Assembly: GCA_013239625.1 (NCBI GenBank)
Contig: MU053873.1
Location: 2,680,524 to 2,744,523, forward strand
From: Lama guanicoe
Lineage: Eukaryota
Reading direction: 5' to 3'
Length of the DNA: 64,000 nt
The translations under genes were made by a program, and so were the position numbers. Positions 24,425 to 35,602 of the stretch are shown piece by piece. The notes under the pieces are model-generated. The model did not search any database. It had not been told where the DNA came from and was given only the letters and a program-made list of their open reading frames with translations. The stretch's first letter is position 1, and every line of letters begins with the position of its first letter.

Positions 24425-25280
24425 TCACAGCATCAGGTGCTCAGTCAGAAACCCAGGAGCCTCTGCCAGAGCCCACACCCCTGCCCTTGTCTCCAAAATC
24501 AGCCTTCCTTGCAAACCTTCTGGAAGACCAGTAAGCCAACAGACACCAGAAACCTTCAAGAAGTATACTCTTTGCCCTCCCAGAAATTTCCCTTCTGGAA
24601 ATTTACACAAAGAAGATAATCAAAGAGCAAATTAGCCTTGGCAATAACAGTTTTTAAAAAAAGAAGAAGAAAAAGAAAAGAAGAGAAAAAAGAAAAGAAA
24701 AGAAAAATAATCAACCTGAATAGCAAACAGTAGGAAATCAGGAGGTAAACTGGGGTGCTGCACTACAGTTAAGAGATCTGGGTTCAAATCCTGACTCTCC
24801 ACTTACCAGCTGACTGAGCCTAAACATGTCACAGCATTTCTGAGCCTGCTTTCTGCATCTATAAAATGAAACTAACCACATCTACTTTTCAGGATGGTTT
24901 TGAGGACTAAACGAAACCAGAAGTAAGTTGTAAACTGCGTAAAAGCAGGGTTTGCGTCTGTAAGAGTCCACGTGAGTCCCCGGATTGGCACAATGCCTGG
25001 GCTATTGATGGAACAAATGAACAAATGAACATTCACAAAATGGAATACTAGGGGGCAATGGAAAATGATGCTATAAATGAGATTTAATCACCTGGGAGGA
25101 TAATGGTGATACATTTGCAGACAGAGTGAGAAAAGCTGGTTTCTAAGCCTTACGTTTGTTACAATTCAATTTTTATAACAGAACGGTATGCATGCGTAGA
25201 TATACAGATACAGACATGGATATTGACATCAGTCGCTGTAGGTATAACCTGTGGGCAGCAAGCAAGACTAAGGAAATCTT

Positions 25281-25425
25281 GGGGGAAGGGTGTAGCTCAT
25301 CAGTGGTAGAATGCGTGCTTAGCATGCACAAGGTCCTGAGTTCAATCCCCAGGACCTCCATTAAAAATAAATAAATAAACCTAATTACCTCTCCTGCCAG
25401 GAAAAAAGAAATTACAAAAAAAAAA
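25281..25425 (+). mobile_element. tRNA-Ala-derived SINE (camelid vic-1-like) with TSD
   Basis: GGGGGAAGGGTGTAGCTCA..GTGGTAGA (A box), CTTAGCATG anticodon-like loop, GAGTTCAATCCC (B box) and A-rich tail. TSD aagactaaggaaatct (25264-25279) / aaggccaaggaaatct (25426-25441). Confidence 0.85.
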
Positions 25426-26078
25426 AAGGCCAAGGAAATCTCCAGCAATGTTAATGGTGGGCTTCTGTCTCAGAGGTGTGGGTATAAGTGACTTTCATTT
25501 TCTTATTTGGCCGTATCAGGTTTCCCCCTAACTTTATCATAAATACGTGTGTTGTATGTGATTTAAAGACTTGCTGCTGGAGAAAAAAAAACTACACCTT
25601 TCTGGGCCTCAGTTTTTTCATCTGTAAGATGGGGATTAGTAATGCCCACCTCCACCCATACTCTGGAAACAGTAGTTAAAATATCAAATCAAGAGCGCTG
25701 ATAATGAATTAGGAATAAGAAATAAAACCCATCTTCCCCACCTCGCCCTGTCATTTCTGGCACCCAGCATCTCCCAGTGTCCCTCAGTCACAAAAAGAGG
25801 GACACAGAACACACAGGGGCCCATATTATAACCACAGTTGCAATGGGCAGGCTGTGTGTGGTGGACTCTGTTCAGATGCTCTGTGTGTTTTCTTCTCCTG
25901 TACAATGTTGGTGCTCTGGCCCCATTTCAAGATGAAGAAACAGGCTCAGAGAGGGGAGGGACAGCCATGTCACACAGCTTGAAGAAGTGACATGAGATTT
26001 GAACTCAGGGGCATCCTGTTCCCAAGCCCCCACTGGAGGGGCCGAGGCCTCCCCAGGACAAGGCAGTGGCAGACTCAC

Positions 26079-26220
26079 AGCGCAGGCCACGGGCCGGAAG
26101 GAGGTGAGCCTCTCGGCGGGGTAGGACGTGTTGCCACTCCAAGCATCCCAGCACGGGTACTCGCCCCGCTCCAGCACGTACTGCTGCCCTTGGAAGCCTG
26201 CGTGCTCAAACCCCACCCAC
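26079..26220 (-). CDS. CRYBA4: beta-crystallin A4, exon 4
   Basis: ctgcAG ... GCT|gtgag; encodes [47 protein letters not shown]; 142 nt. Confidence 0.97.
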
Positions 26221-26283
26221 CTGCAGAAAGAGGGCAGATAGTACAAGAGGTGAGACCCTCCCCACTCCACGCTGAGTTCCAGA

Positions 26284-26515
26284 CCAATGGTTATCATGTA
26301 GGGGTGGCTTTGCCCCCAAAGGACACATTTAACAACGTCTGCAGGCAGTTTTAGTTGTCATACTGGGAGGAGGGAGGATGGGGTGTTTGCAACTGGCATT
26401 TAGTGGATAGAGGCCAGAGATGCTGTTAAACATCCTCCGAGGCACCAGACGGCCCCCCAGCACAGAACTACCTGGCCCCAAACATCCATCGCTCGGAGGT
26501 GGAGAAGCCCAGTCT
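26284..26515. mobile_element. MER20 hAT-Charlie DNA transposon
   Basis: tttgcccccaaaggacacattt...ttttagttgtcatactgggagg...tggcatttagtggatagaggccagagatgctgttaaacatcct...gaggtggagaagccc. Confidence 0.8.
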
Positions 26516-27189
26516 AGACCTAGTAGCCCACTGCCTCGCTGTGCCTCCCGCAGGTGAGGACGGCTCCCTGCAGGGTCCCCCTAGGCCATGCAGATGAGGC
26601 TTGACCACAAGCTGACTTAAGCCTCGGTGGGGTTCCCCCCTGTGATCCTCTGGAACGTGGGGAGACAGGCTGTTTCTCACCCCTCCCTCTCCTGAGAGAG
26701 GCTTCCATGAGATAGTGGCTCATCTGCCTCTCTGGTTCCCATGAGATACGGGACTTCCTGCCTCGCCACCCTGGAGGGTGCAGCCCGCGGCAGATGGAGC
26801 GGCAGTTCACAGCAGAGGGCCACCACTCCTGCTGTCATCCGGCCCCTTGTGGTGTCCTCCTGTGGGACATGGGACACAGGAGGCTGACACCATGCTGCCC
26901 TTGACTGATGAACTCTCTTATGGAAGTAATAAACCTGAGCTTCTGGTCTCCTTCCTGGCAAAGTCTGTCAGCCTGCTGGACACATACCTGGACAAGTTAC
27001 TGCTCCCATCTGAACCCCAATTCCCACTGATACAAAGCAGAATCTAGAAGAGCATTTACCCTTGTTGTGAGGTACATAAATACCACCAAGATAACCTGAT
27101 GCACTCACAGGCAGGAAGTGGCTCTGAATCACAAAGAGAGAGCATTCTTTCAAGCTACTTTCCAACCTTCTAAAAACTTCTCTCCAACA

Positions 27190-27385
27190 CAGTTGTCACT
27201 GGCCAATGTAGCTAATAAATTTAAACTTAAATAAATTTTAATTTAATTCAGTTTAATTTAAAATTAATGTTCTTTAGCCACACTAGCTGCATTTCAAGTC
27301 CTCAATGGTCATATGTGGCCACTGGTTCCAAATCAGACAGTACACCTGGAGAAGATTTCCACTGTTGCAGAAAGTTCTACAGAAA
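27190..27385. mobile_element. MER3/MER33-like DNA transposon fragment
   Basis: tagccacactagctgcatttcaagtcctcaatggtcatatgtggcc...tgcagaaagttcta. Confidence 0.6.
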
Positions 27386-27614
27386 GGCAGTGAGCGGGCT
27401 CTGTGGGAATGGCACCCCCTACATTTGAGCAGTGCACAACCAGTGTAACCTTACACTGCCATCCTGCACACGCCCCAGCATCTCAGACCCAAGGAAGGCA
27501 CATCGGTACAGTCAGAGCCTGGGAAGATAGGACCTAGGACATCAAAAAGTCCCAGCACCCCTTTCTACATCCCTTCCTGTCTCTTCCACCGTGACTCCAA
27601 TCCCCCTGGACTCA

Positions 27615-27734
<120 letters not shown>

Positions 27735-28389
27735 CTATACCGGAGAGAGAAGATAGAGACCCGCATTGGAGTCCCGTGGGGGTGGCGTGAGGGGCTAGGG
27801 GCTCACCCCAGGACTCAAGGTGGGGCAGACCAGGTAAAGCAGGGATTGCAAACTGATGCCTTCAGGGGCCAGGCAGGTAAGGAGGGTGAGGGCTGAGAAC
27901 TGAAGGGCACAGACCCTGTGGAAGCTGCTGGCTTCTGCGTAGCGACACCTACTGTTGCCGCGTGGTAATGCGGCCATCTGTCCGATTTCCCAAGACAATC
28001 CCTGTATCTGGGCTTTTCTGTGTTTTCAAAGGCTGATGACAAATTCAAAGGTTGTCATTTTGTTTTGTTTTTTAAACACAGAGGAAGTCAAAGAAATCAT
28101 GACCAAAGACATGTGCAATTACCAGTTGGCTATCTCTGCCAGATAGTGTAACAGTTTCATTTGGGGACCAAAAAACCCAAGTTCAAATCAAGATCCCTGT
28201 GTGTGACCTTGGGCAAGACCTTTTCCCTCTCTGAGTCTTGACTGCATCCTCTGTGAAATGGGACCTCATTATCACCACCCCCCAGGGGTGAGGTGGAGAT
28301 TCAGTGAAGGCGGGGACGGGGGTCCTCTGGACCTGGGTTTGACCCGCACTGCTCCCACTTCCCAGACCTCCCCCCATGCCTCTTCCTAC

Positions 28390-28428
28390 CTTCCAGTGTC
28401 CTGCTGACTTGGTGCATTGCAGACTCAT
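28390..28428 (-). CDS. CRYBA4: beta-crystallin A4, first coding exon (exon 2; exon spans 28440-28390)
   Basis: gtgtAG|GAAGCAAGCAAC ATG; encodes MSLQCTKSAGHWK; donor AAG|gtagg. Joined CDS 39+119+142+143+148 = 591 nt = 196 aa + stop. Confidence 0.96.
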
Positions 28429-29041
28429 GTTGCTTGCTTCCTACACCAGAGAAGAAGGTGATAAGCTTCCGCCCTGCCTCTGCCCCATCCTTGATCCTGA
28501 AGTCCAATTTGGGCAGTGTCTAGATCCAGATGGGGTCCAGATGTGCCCGGGTTGGGGGCAAAGTGCAGTTTTGGCCTGTCCCTCTCCTACCCTTTCCATC
28601 TGTGACCATCTCCTTTTCTTCCATCTTGTCCCCACCTCAAAACGTTCCCAGGCTGTGTCCCACTCCTCTAAGCCCTGCTCTGTATTCATTCATCTGCTCA
28701 TTATGGGGAGTTTTCTGTGGCTGCCGGTGGGTGGATGTGTCACCCCCTGGGAAACACCAAGGTGCTCAGCTTAAGAGTCTCCCAAAGACACCACCTGACC
28801 CAAAATATGACTCCGATAGTGGAAGCTGAGGCAATAGGATTGCAGGAATAATTCTGGTTTGAAACTAGGGTAGCAGGTACCACTCTGGATGCCTGGAGCC
28901 TGCCTTGGTTAGGATAGGGTGACATCCCGGAGGACACAGTGATGTCCCCAGGATTGGGGGGTACCTCCCAGGATGCTCCCTGCCTCCCAGGACGCTCACC
29001 CAGAGCTCAGATCCCACCCCTTCTCCAAGCCTGGGACTTAC

Positions 29042-29070
29042 CGAGACGGACCCAGAGAACATGCCAGACC
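29042..29070 (-). other. CRYBA4: CRYBA4 exon 1 (5' UTR; TSS approximate)
   Basis: Donor TCG|GTAAGT at 29041-29036, with TATAAG about 30 nt upstream of the inferred start. Confidence 0.75.
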
Positions 29071-29092
29071 TGAGACCAGCCGAGGTCAGGCT

Positions 29093-29145
29093 CTTATAGG
29101 CAGGGCAGAGAGAGGGCCCCTGGGGGACAGAGCCCTGACTCAGCA
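29093..29145 (-). promoter_or_regulatory. CRYBA4: CRYBA4 core promoter: TATA box and MARE-like site
   Basis: TATAAG at 29098-29093 and TGCTGAGTCA at 29145-29136 (Maf recognition element half plus AP-1 core). Confidence 0.75.
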
Positions 29146-30398
29146 AGTGAGCGACAGGAACAAAAGCCAGCTCTGGCCGGAGCGCCAGTGGAGAGGTGTC
29201 AGCAGCATTGGCTTTGGCTGGGAGGCAGAGGTCAGCTTGCCCCCATCAGGAACCATCCACGAAGAAGGTAGCAGGAGGAAGGTCCACCTTCACCAGCTCC
29301 ACGGAACTCCTGACTAGAACAGGAGAACGAGCAGCAGAGTTCACAACCTCATCCCTCCTGCTTGTATGACTTGGGGCAGGTCATTTCCCCTGTTTCTGTC
29401 TGTAAAATGGGACAAGAATGAAGTACATCACAGGGCTGTTGTGAGGTGAAGTAACATGCCTGGCAGAGAGTAAACATTCAACCAATGCCTCTACATTTCT
29501 CTCTCCCAGGTCCCTTCCTCTACCAGTGGGGGCAATCTGGGTAGACTTCGTGGTGGAGGTGGCATTTCAACTAGGCTCTGAAGAGTGAGGCGGATTTGTA
29601 CAAAGTGAGGTGGAAGGACATGCTCTGGCTAGACAAAAGTGCAGAGGTGAGAACTTGGGACTGAGGGATGAGAAAGAGCTGGTGGCCTGATAGGAGATCC
29701 TAATGGAGAGCAGACGGAGACAGGTGGGAAAGGTGGCTGAATCAGAGCCTCCGGGGCCCACAAAGCTCAGAGAGGAGTCCAGATGGCTCTGTGGGCAGAG
29801 TAAAGGAGCTGGTGGGTGTGGACATGCTTTGCAAACTGTAGTGCACCTGCCGGATATCCAGGGTTTGTAGAATGTGCTTTGTGAGCCCTCTCCCTTACAC
29901 TCCCGCCCTCTGAGTTGGTCTAAGAGGGGCCTCTCACAGCGTAGGAAAGAGCAATGCTGGAAACCAGATTGCTTTGGGTGACCTGGGGAGTGTCTGATGC
30001 CAGTTCATGACCTGTGAAAGAGCAATATTTGTTCCCTCCTGAGAAGGTTAAATGCAGCCCTATCAAATCTTAACTTTGATAAAAGTTTGCCTTGGAGATT
30101 GAAGGCTAAGAATGCAGTCTCTGTAGCCAGACCGCCTGGGTTTGCATTCCACTCCTGCTGGCTGGGTCATCTTGAGCATGTTAATCTCTCTGAGCCTCAG
30201 TTTCCTCATGTGTACAATGGGTATAACATGGTAAACTGGGTTTAGCCTAAGAGACAGAAGCGGTGTGATGGTAAGTGTGAATTACACATGAATAGCATTT
30301 GCTGTCCCGGAACTGCTCCTGGAAGATAAGATTCATAATGTGTCTCCATCATCATTGTCGTCACCATTGCTAATAAAAAAAAAAAAGATTACCATTGA

Positions 30399-31024
30399 TG
30401 TATCTGCACCCTCACGTTTATTGCAGCATTATTAACAATAGCCAAGGTATAAAAATAACCTACTTGTCCGTCAGTGGCTGAATGGATAAAGAAGATGTGG
30501 TATATGTGCACAATGGAATACTATTCAGCCACGAGAAAGGGGGAAATCCTGCCATTTTCGACAACGAGGATGGACCTTGAGGGCATTATGCTAAGTGAAA
30601 GAAGTCAAACAGAGAAAGACAAATACCAGATGATCTCACTTACTTATCGAATCTTTAAAAGACACACTCAGAGAAGTGGAGAGTACAATGGTGTGGCTGC
30701 CAGGAGTCAGGGGCCGCGGGACACAGGGAGATCTTGCTCAAAGGGCAAAAACTCCCAGTTATAAGATGAACGAGCTTGAGGATCTAATGAACACAGCATG
30801 GGGATTGTAGCTGATAATACCGTCCATTTGCACGTTGCTAAGGGAATACGTCTTACATGTTCTCACCACACACACACACAAAAACCCAAAAACCAATGTT
30901 AACTCTGTGACCAGATGGAGGTGACAATCATTTCGCGATTTATAAATGTAGTCAATCAACATGCACCCCACCTTGCACTTACACAGTGGTGTGTCCGTTA
31001 CATTTCAATGAAGCTGGGAAAAAT
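30399..31024 (+). mobile_element. L1MA-like 3' end inserted between the two crystallin promoters
   Basis: tttattgcagcattatt, gaatggataaagaagatgtgg, acaatggaatactattcagcc, ggaccttgagggcattatgctaagtgaaa, tcaatgaagctgggaaaaa. Confidence 0.85.
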
Positions 31025-32809
31025 GATTACTATTAAATAATTGTTTGTGTAACAGCAGGAGCGTGTAGTTTTCCAAGAGCTTGGTTTCAGGAGCTAAAAA
31101 GATGTGACTCCCAATTCCGTTTTACAGATGAGGAAACAGACTAAGGAGGGGGGAAGGGATTTGCCTCGGCTTCCTCATCTGCAAATAGGACTAATCCTCG
31201 AGCCCTCACCCTCCTGGTGAGGATCACAGGAGCCAAGTCAGTCAAATGCTCAGAGTGGAGCCACCCAGCATGGGGTGGGGGGACAACACCCTTTACCTCT
31301 GCCCCCACCATTTGGCTGGTGGCCCATTGCCCTGGGGACATGGAACTGCCCCAGACATCTTGGCCTTGAATCCCAGACCTGTGGGTGGCCTCACACCACA
31401 GGCATCTTGGCCCTCGCTCCAGCAGTTGCCTGGCCCTGTGGGTTCTGGCCCCCTCCCGGGCCTTGGCCCAGGATGAAAGTCTGGAGAGGGGGCCTGGGAA
31501 GGGGGAGGTGCGAAGTGGGGGTGCAAGGGCAGAGCTGGCTCCAGGCCACAGCGATCTCAAGGCGGAGCTGGTCTCCATGTGGAGTCTGGGTCCCTGAACC
31601 CATAGAAGAAGTAAGAATTTCCTATGCAGAATCCCCCTCTCCCCTGACCTGCAACCTGCAGGCTGGCCTGGCTCAGCAGCGCCCCTGGGTCCCCCGAGCC
31701 CTGGCTCTACTGTGAGTTCACACTGTGTGGCTTTTCCACTTGTGAAATGAGGGGATTGGATGATGTGATTTTTGACATGGGCTCCATTGTTCTGATTCTA
31801 TTGCTCTGTTTGACGTCTGTCTCTGTCTGTCCATCTGTCTCCCTGTCACAGTCTGTCTCCCCTTCCACCCCTCTGTAATTCTGTCTCCATCATCTGTTTC
31901 TCTGCGGCTCTCCACTTCTCCCAATCAGCCTCCCTATTTCTCTCTCCCTATCTGGTTTCCCCAGCTCCTCCGCACACTGTTTTCCATTATGATCCCCTTG
32001 GTGTGACCATTTTCCCTGAAATTGGTTAAGAGCGCATCCTGTGTCAGGCTCCATGCAGGGTGCTGGAGCCCAGTGGTAATGAGAAGAGCTGGGGCTGGGG
32101 GCTTCTCAGAAGCAGCCCCAAGGCAGGCAGTCATGTTCCTGGCCACCAGCTCCATCCCTGGGGGCAGAGTGTGGGGGGGTATGGTCAGGAAGGAGTGTAT
32201 GTATTGGGAGGGGAGGAGGGATGGGGGCCCAGTGTGGGCACAGGAACAGGACCCAGGCCTTGAATGTTCAACTCACCTGGGCACAGGGGTACCCCGCCAT
32301 CCCTCCCCTAGACCTAGAAGCAGGAAGTCAGGCGAGGCCCAAGGTCCGACAGCCCGAGAGTGAAACATACGGGCCCTGAGCCAGCCTGCCTGGGCCGGTC
32401 CTTGCCCTGGCCTCTCTGTGTCCTAGTTTTGCTCATCTGCTAAATGGGTGTAATGAAAGTACCAGTAAAGTGGGTTGTCCTGGAATTGACCCAGGTAGCA
32501 CAGGTAATGCATTTGGTGCCCCCCTTGGTCACCTTTTTTCCCTCTGCAGCACCCAACAGGGACACTTACGCCGCCTGTAACTGCAGACACAGAGGCCCCT
32601 TGGTGCAGAGACTTGGCGAAAGTCACACAGCACAGAGTGGCTGAGTCTGGATTCAAACCCAGATCTCCTACCTTCTGGGGGTTTCTCTGTTCCCTGCCCC
32701 AGGACTGGCACCCAGCGGGGACCCCGTGGGCCCATCCCCGGGCTGGGGTAGGGCCAGGCAGAGGCAAGGCGAGGTGGCTGCTGGCCAGCGTTTCTGCTGT
32801 GCGTGCTGG

Positions 32810-32953
32810 GTTCACAATGGAAAATGCTGCTCTCCGCAGTCACCAGGCAAGGTCGGGGCTCAGGGTGGCCCCCACTCCCTGCCCGGGACCTGCTGAGCCA
32901 GCTCCCCCTTTGTGCCCCAGACCACAGAGTCTAGTGTCTGCCAGACTATAAAA
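32810..32953 (+). promoter_or_regulatory. CRYBB1: CRYBB1 proximal promoter: TATA, MARE-like and SOX-like sites
   Basis: TATAAAA at 32947-32953, TGCTGAGCCAGCT at 32891-32903, CTTTGT at 32908-32913, ACAATG at 32814-32819 and AAAATGCTG at 32821-32829. Confidence 0.8.
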
Positions 32954-32977
32954 TGGGGGGTCGGCCCCTCGTCCCCC

Positions 32978-33032
32978 ACTGCACCAGCCTGCCTGCCTGC
33001 CTGTCCTCCAGTGGGAAGTAGCGGGTCCCCAG
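32978..33032 (+). other. CRYBB1: CRYBB1 non-coding exon 1 (TSS approximate)
   Basis: Starts about 30 nt after the TATA box; donor CAG|GTAAGA at 33033. Confidence 0.8.
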
Positions 33033-33069
33033 GTAAGAGGGGACCCACTGCCGCTGCTAAGCGCCCAAG

Positions 33070-33410
33070 GGGAGGGGAGAGGAGGGGGAGGCAGAGACAT
33101 CAGAGACAGGAGAGAGTCAGAGAGATGGGGTCATCAGGAGAAAGGCAGAGAGAAAGGGAGAAAGCTAAGGAAAGATAAAAATAGGCAGAGAGAGGATAGA
33201 GGGGAGAGAGGAATAGAAAGAGATAAAAGATAAAACAGTGACAAAGAACAGATAGAGAGGGAGATGCAGAGATGCAGAGAGGGAAACACTGGAGGAGAGA
33301 GAAACAGAAAGAGACAGAAGAGTAGGTACAGAGAGAAGCGAAGACAGAAATAAGAAGAAAGGCAGAGAGAGGTAGGAGAAGAGGGAGGGCAGGGAGGGGG
33401 AGGGAAACAC
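33070..33410. repeat. GA-rich low-complexity polypurine tract in CRYBB1 intron 1
   Basis: About 340 bp of degenerate GAGA/GACA/GAAA repeats, strongly purine-biased. Confidence 0.85.
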
Positions 33411-34735
33411 AGCTCCAGGAAGGAACCCAACTACCAGCCAAGGGAATGTTGACTCACAGACTGACTTGGGGGCAGGAGTGGGGGTTAAGCAAAAGCCTGG
33501 AAGCCACACATGTGGCCCAGATGTCCTGCCTGCCCACAGGGGACAGAGCCCCCCCAGAGGAACAACAGTCTTTCTCAGGGGAGGCACCAGGAGGGATCTG
33601 CTTACCCCAACTAGCTCTTTCTTATAGAAAGTGTTCAGAAATCCTCTGCCAAAAGGTCTTGATCTGCCCTGTCAAATCTGCCCTGGAGTCCCTGGAAATT
33701 GTCTCCAAAATTAAAGGGGACATTTTTTTCCCAAGGGACAAGGACGAGGCGTTCTTCAAACATTCAAAGACATCCACAACCCCAAAGTAACAAGGAACCA
33801 CTGGAATTGACCAAAGCCCTCTCCACCCAACGCCTACACAGCCACAGCCTTCATTTCAGAACCTAACATGCACCAAACACGCCCTCCTGGGTCCTCCTTT
33901 ACCCCCCAGTCCCAGGCCCGGATCTGCACCCGCACACCCGTTCCCAGACAGGGCCAGAGGCAGCTGTTTGTCTGGGAAAGGAGAGAGGACCAGGCATCCG
34001 GTCAATCTCTGAACGGATGTTAACTGAGCATCTCCTACGTACCAGGTGCTGAGCCAGGCACTGGGGATGGAAGGATGAATAAATGGGAATAAGGATGGCA
34101 GAGCAAACCCAATTGCTGGGTTTGTCTGCTTGAGTCACAATTGGAGTTGTACCACTTAGTAGCTGGTACTAGTAAGTGCTAAGTCCACGTAGGAGCTGTG
34201 TGGGCTTGGGCAGGTCACCTCCCCTCTCTGAGCCTCAGATTGTTCAGAGGGGATAAGATAGCACCTAAGGCATGGAGTTCCAGTGAGGCACAGACAGATT
34301 CATTAACAAATGTAACAGAGCCTGCATCCTGTAAGCAGTCCCAAATGGGACTTCTTGTTACTAATCTGCTGAGGCAAATCTGAAGTTGCCCAAGCCAAGA
34401 GGCATGGAAAGTGACTCCAAAGGGCAGTGGAACGACACAGCAGGGGAAGAGTGGGTTAGAAGGGAGGACTGGCTGGTGGAGCTCCGGCAGGGTCAGAAGC
34501 CTGGAGGAAGGCATACCAGGGATGAGTGATCCCCAGACAGGAAATCCTTGACTGGAGAGAGATCGGGATAGAAAACTTCAAGGCTGATGTTTTAGAAGGA
34601 GAAAGAGGATATGAATTCAAAGAAGCCTGAAAGCGCAGGGTGATGGGGGATGCGAGTCGGGACGCAGCTTGGGGGTACCATTGCGGAATGAACCCAGGCC
34701 GAGGGCTTCTTTACAGACCTTTGCAGGTGGGAACC

Positions 34736-34906
34736 ATGTCTCAGCCTGCGGCCAAGGCCTCGACCACCGGGGCGGTGAACCCTGGGCCTGATGGGAAGGG
34801 GAAGGGGGCCCCGCCCCCAGGATCAGCCCCAGGGTCCGGCCCCGCCCCGCCCCCAGCCCAGCCCGTGCCGGCTGCTAAGGGAGAAGTGCCTCCTGGGATC
34901 TACAAG
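34736..34906 (+). CDS. CRYBB1: beta-crystallin B1, first coding exon (exon 2; Pro/Ala-rich N-terminal arm)
   Basis: gaaccATG; encodes MSQPAAKASTTGAVNPGPDGKGKGAPPPGSAPGSGPAPPPAQPVPAAKGEVPPGIYK; donor AAG|gtgag; 171 nt. Joined CDS 171+119+133+143+184 = 750 nt = 249 aa + stop. Confidence 0.96.
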
Positions 34907-35562
34907 GTGAGGCTGGGGGTGGGTGGTTGGTCTTCCTCCCCTCTTCTCCCCCTCCCCCCTGATTCCTTTCCACTCCCTTGCCCTCCCCCTCCTTCTCTCC
35001 CCTCCCCCTCACCCCCTGCCTACCCCCAACTCCTCCTCTTTCCCCTCTACCGGCTTGCACCTGCTTATTAGAGTTTGTCGAAAGCAAAAAACAGAAAGAA
35101 AGAAAGTGGGCTGGCTTAGCAGCAGGAAACGCCTGCTGTCCCAGGAGGGCAGAAACGCGGCCTCAGACTCTCCTGAAAAGTGTTCCAAGCCGTCGGTCAG
35201 GACTCCTGGAGAGCAAGGCGTCCAGTCCCCTGGGACTGGGCTGGGCTGGGTTTCAACCTTAGGTGCACAGAACTGGCTCACTTCACCACCCTTGGTTCAT
35301 GACACGCTCGCCTGCGGTCCACGCGTGGCTGGCTTTTGTTTATGTAGTCGCTTATTGAATGGCTGATTTCAATTTAATTTTTAATACCGCAGCACAAGCC
35401 TGCAATCCACCACCCATTTTAAACATTCTCTAACTCCAGAGTGTCCCGCGTGAGTCCACATCCCTTGTCCTCTACTCCAGGAACGGCCATCCTGACCCCA
35501 CCCATCATCTGGTTGCTTGCTTGCTTTTTTATGTACTTCTTTGCATTGGTTACTTAAAAAAA

Positions 35563-35602
35563 ATATATATATATATTATATATATATAAATATATATATA
35601 TA
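35563..35602. repeat. imperfect (TA)n microsatellite within an old antisense L1 remnant (~35380-35900)
   Basis: tatatatatatattatatatatataaatatatatatat. Confidence 0.85.

Noticed and set aside
25281..25360. Apparent tRNA-Ala gene
   Set aside because: The D-arm has an insertion, and the element has a SINE body, poly-A tail and TSD. It is a retroposed SINE.
30474..30764. ORF MAEWIKKMWYMCTMEYYSA...
   Set aside because: Translation of the L1 ORF2 C-terminal remnant, not a host gene.
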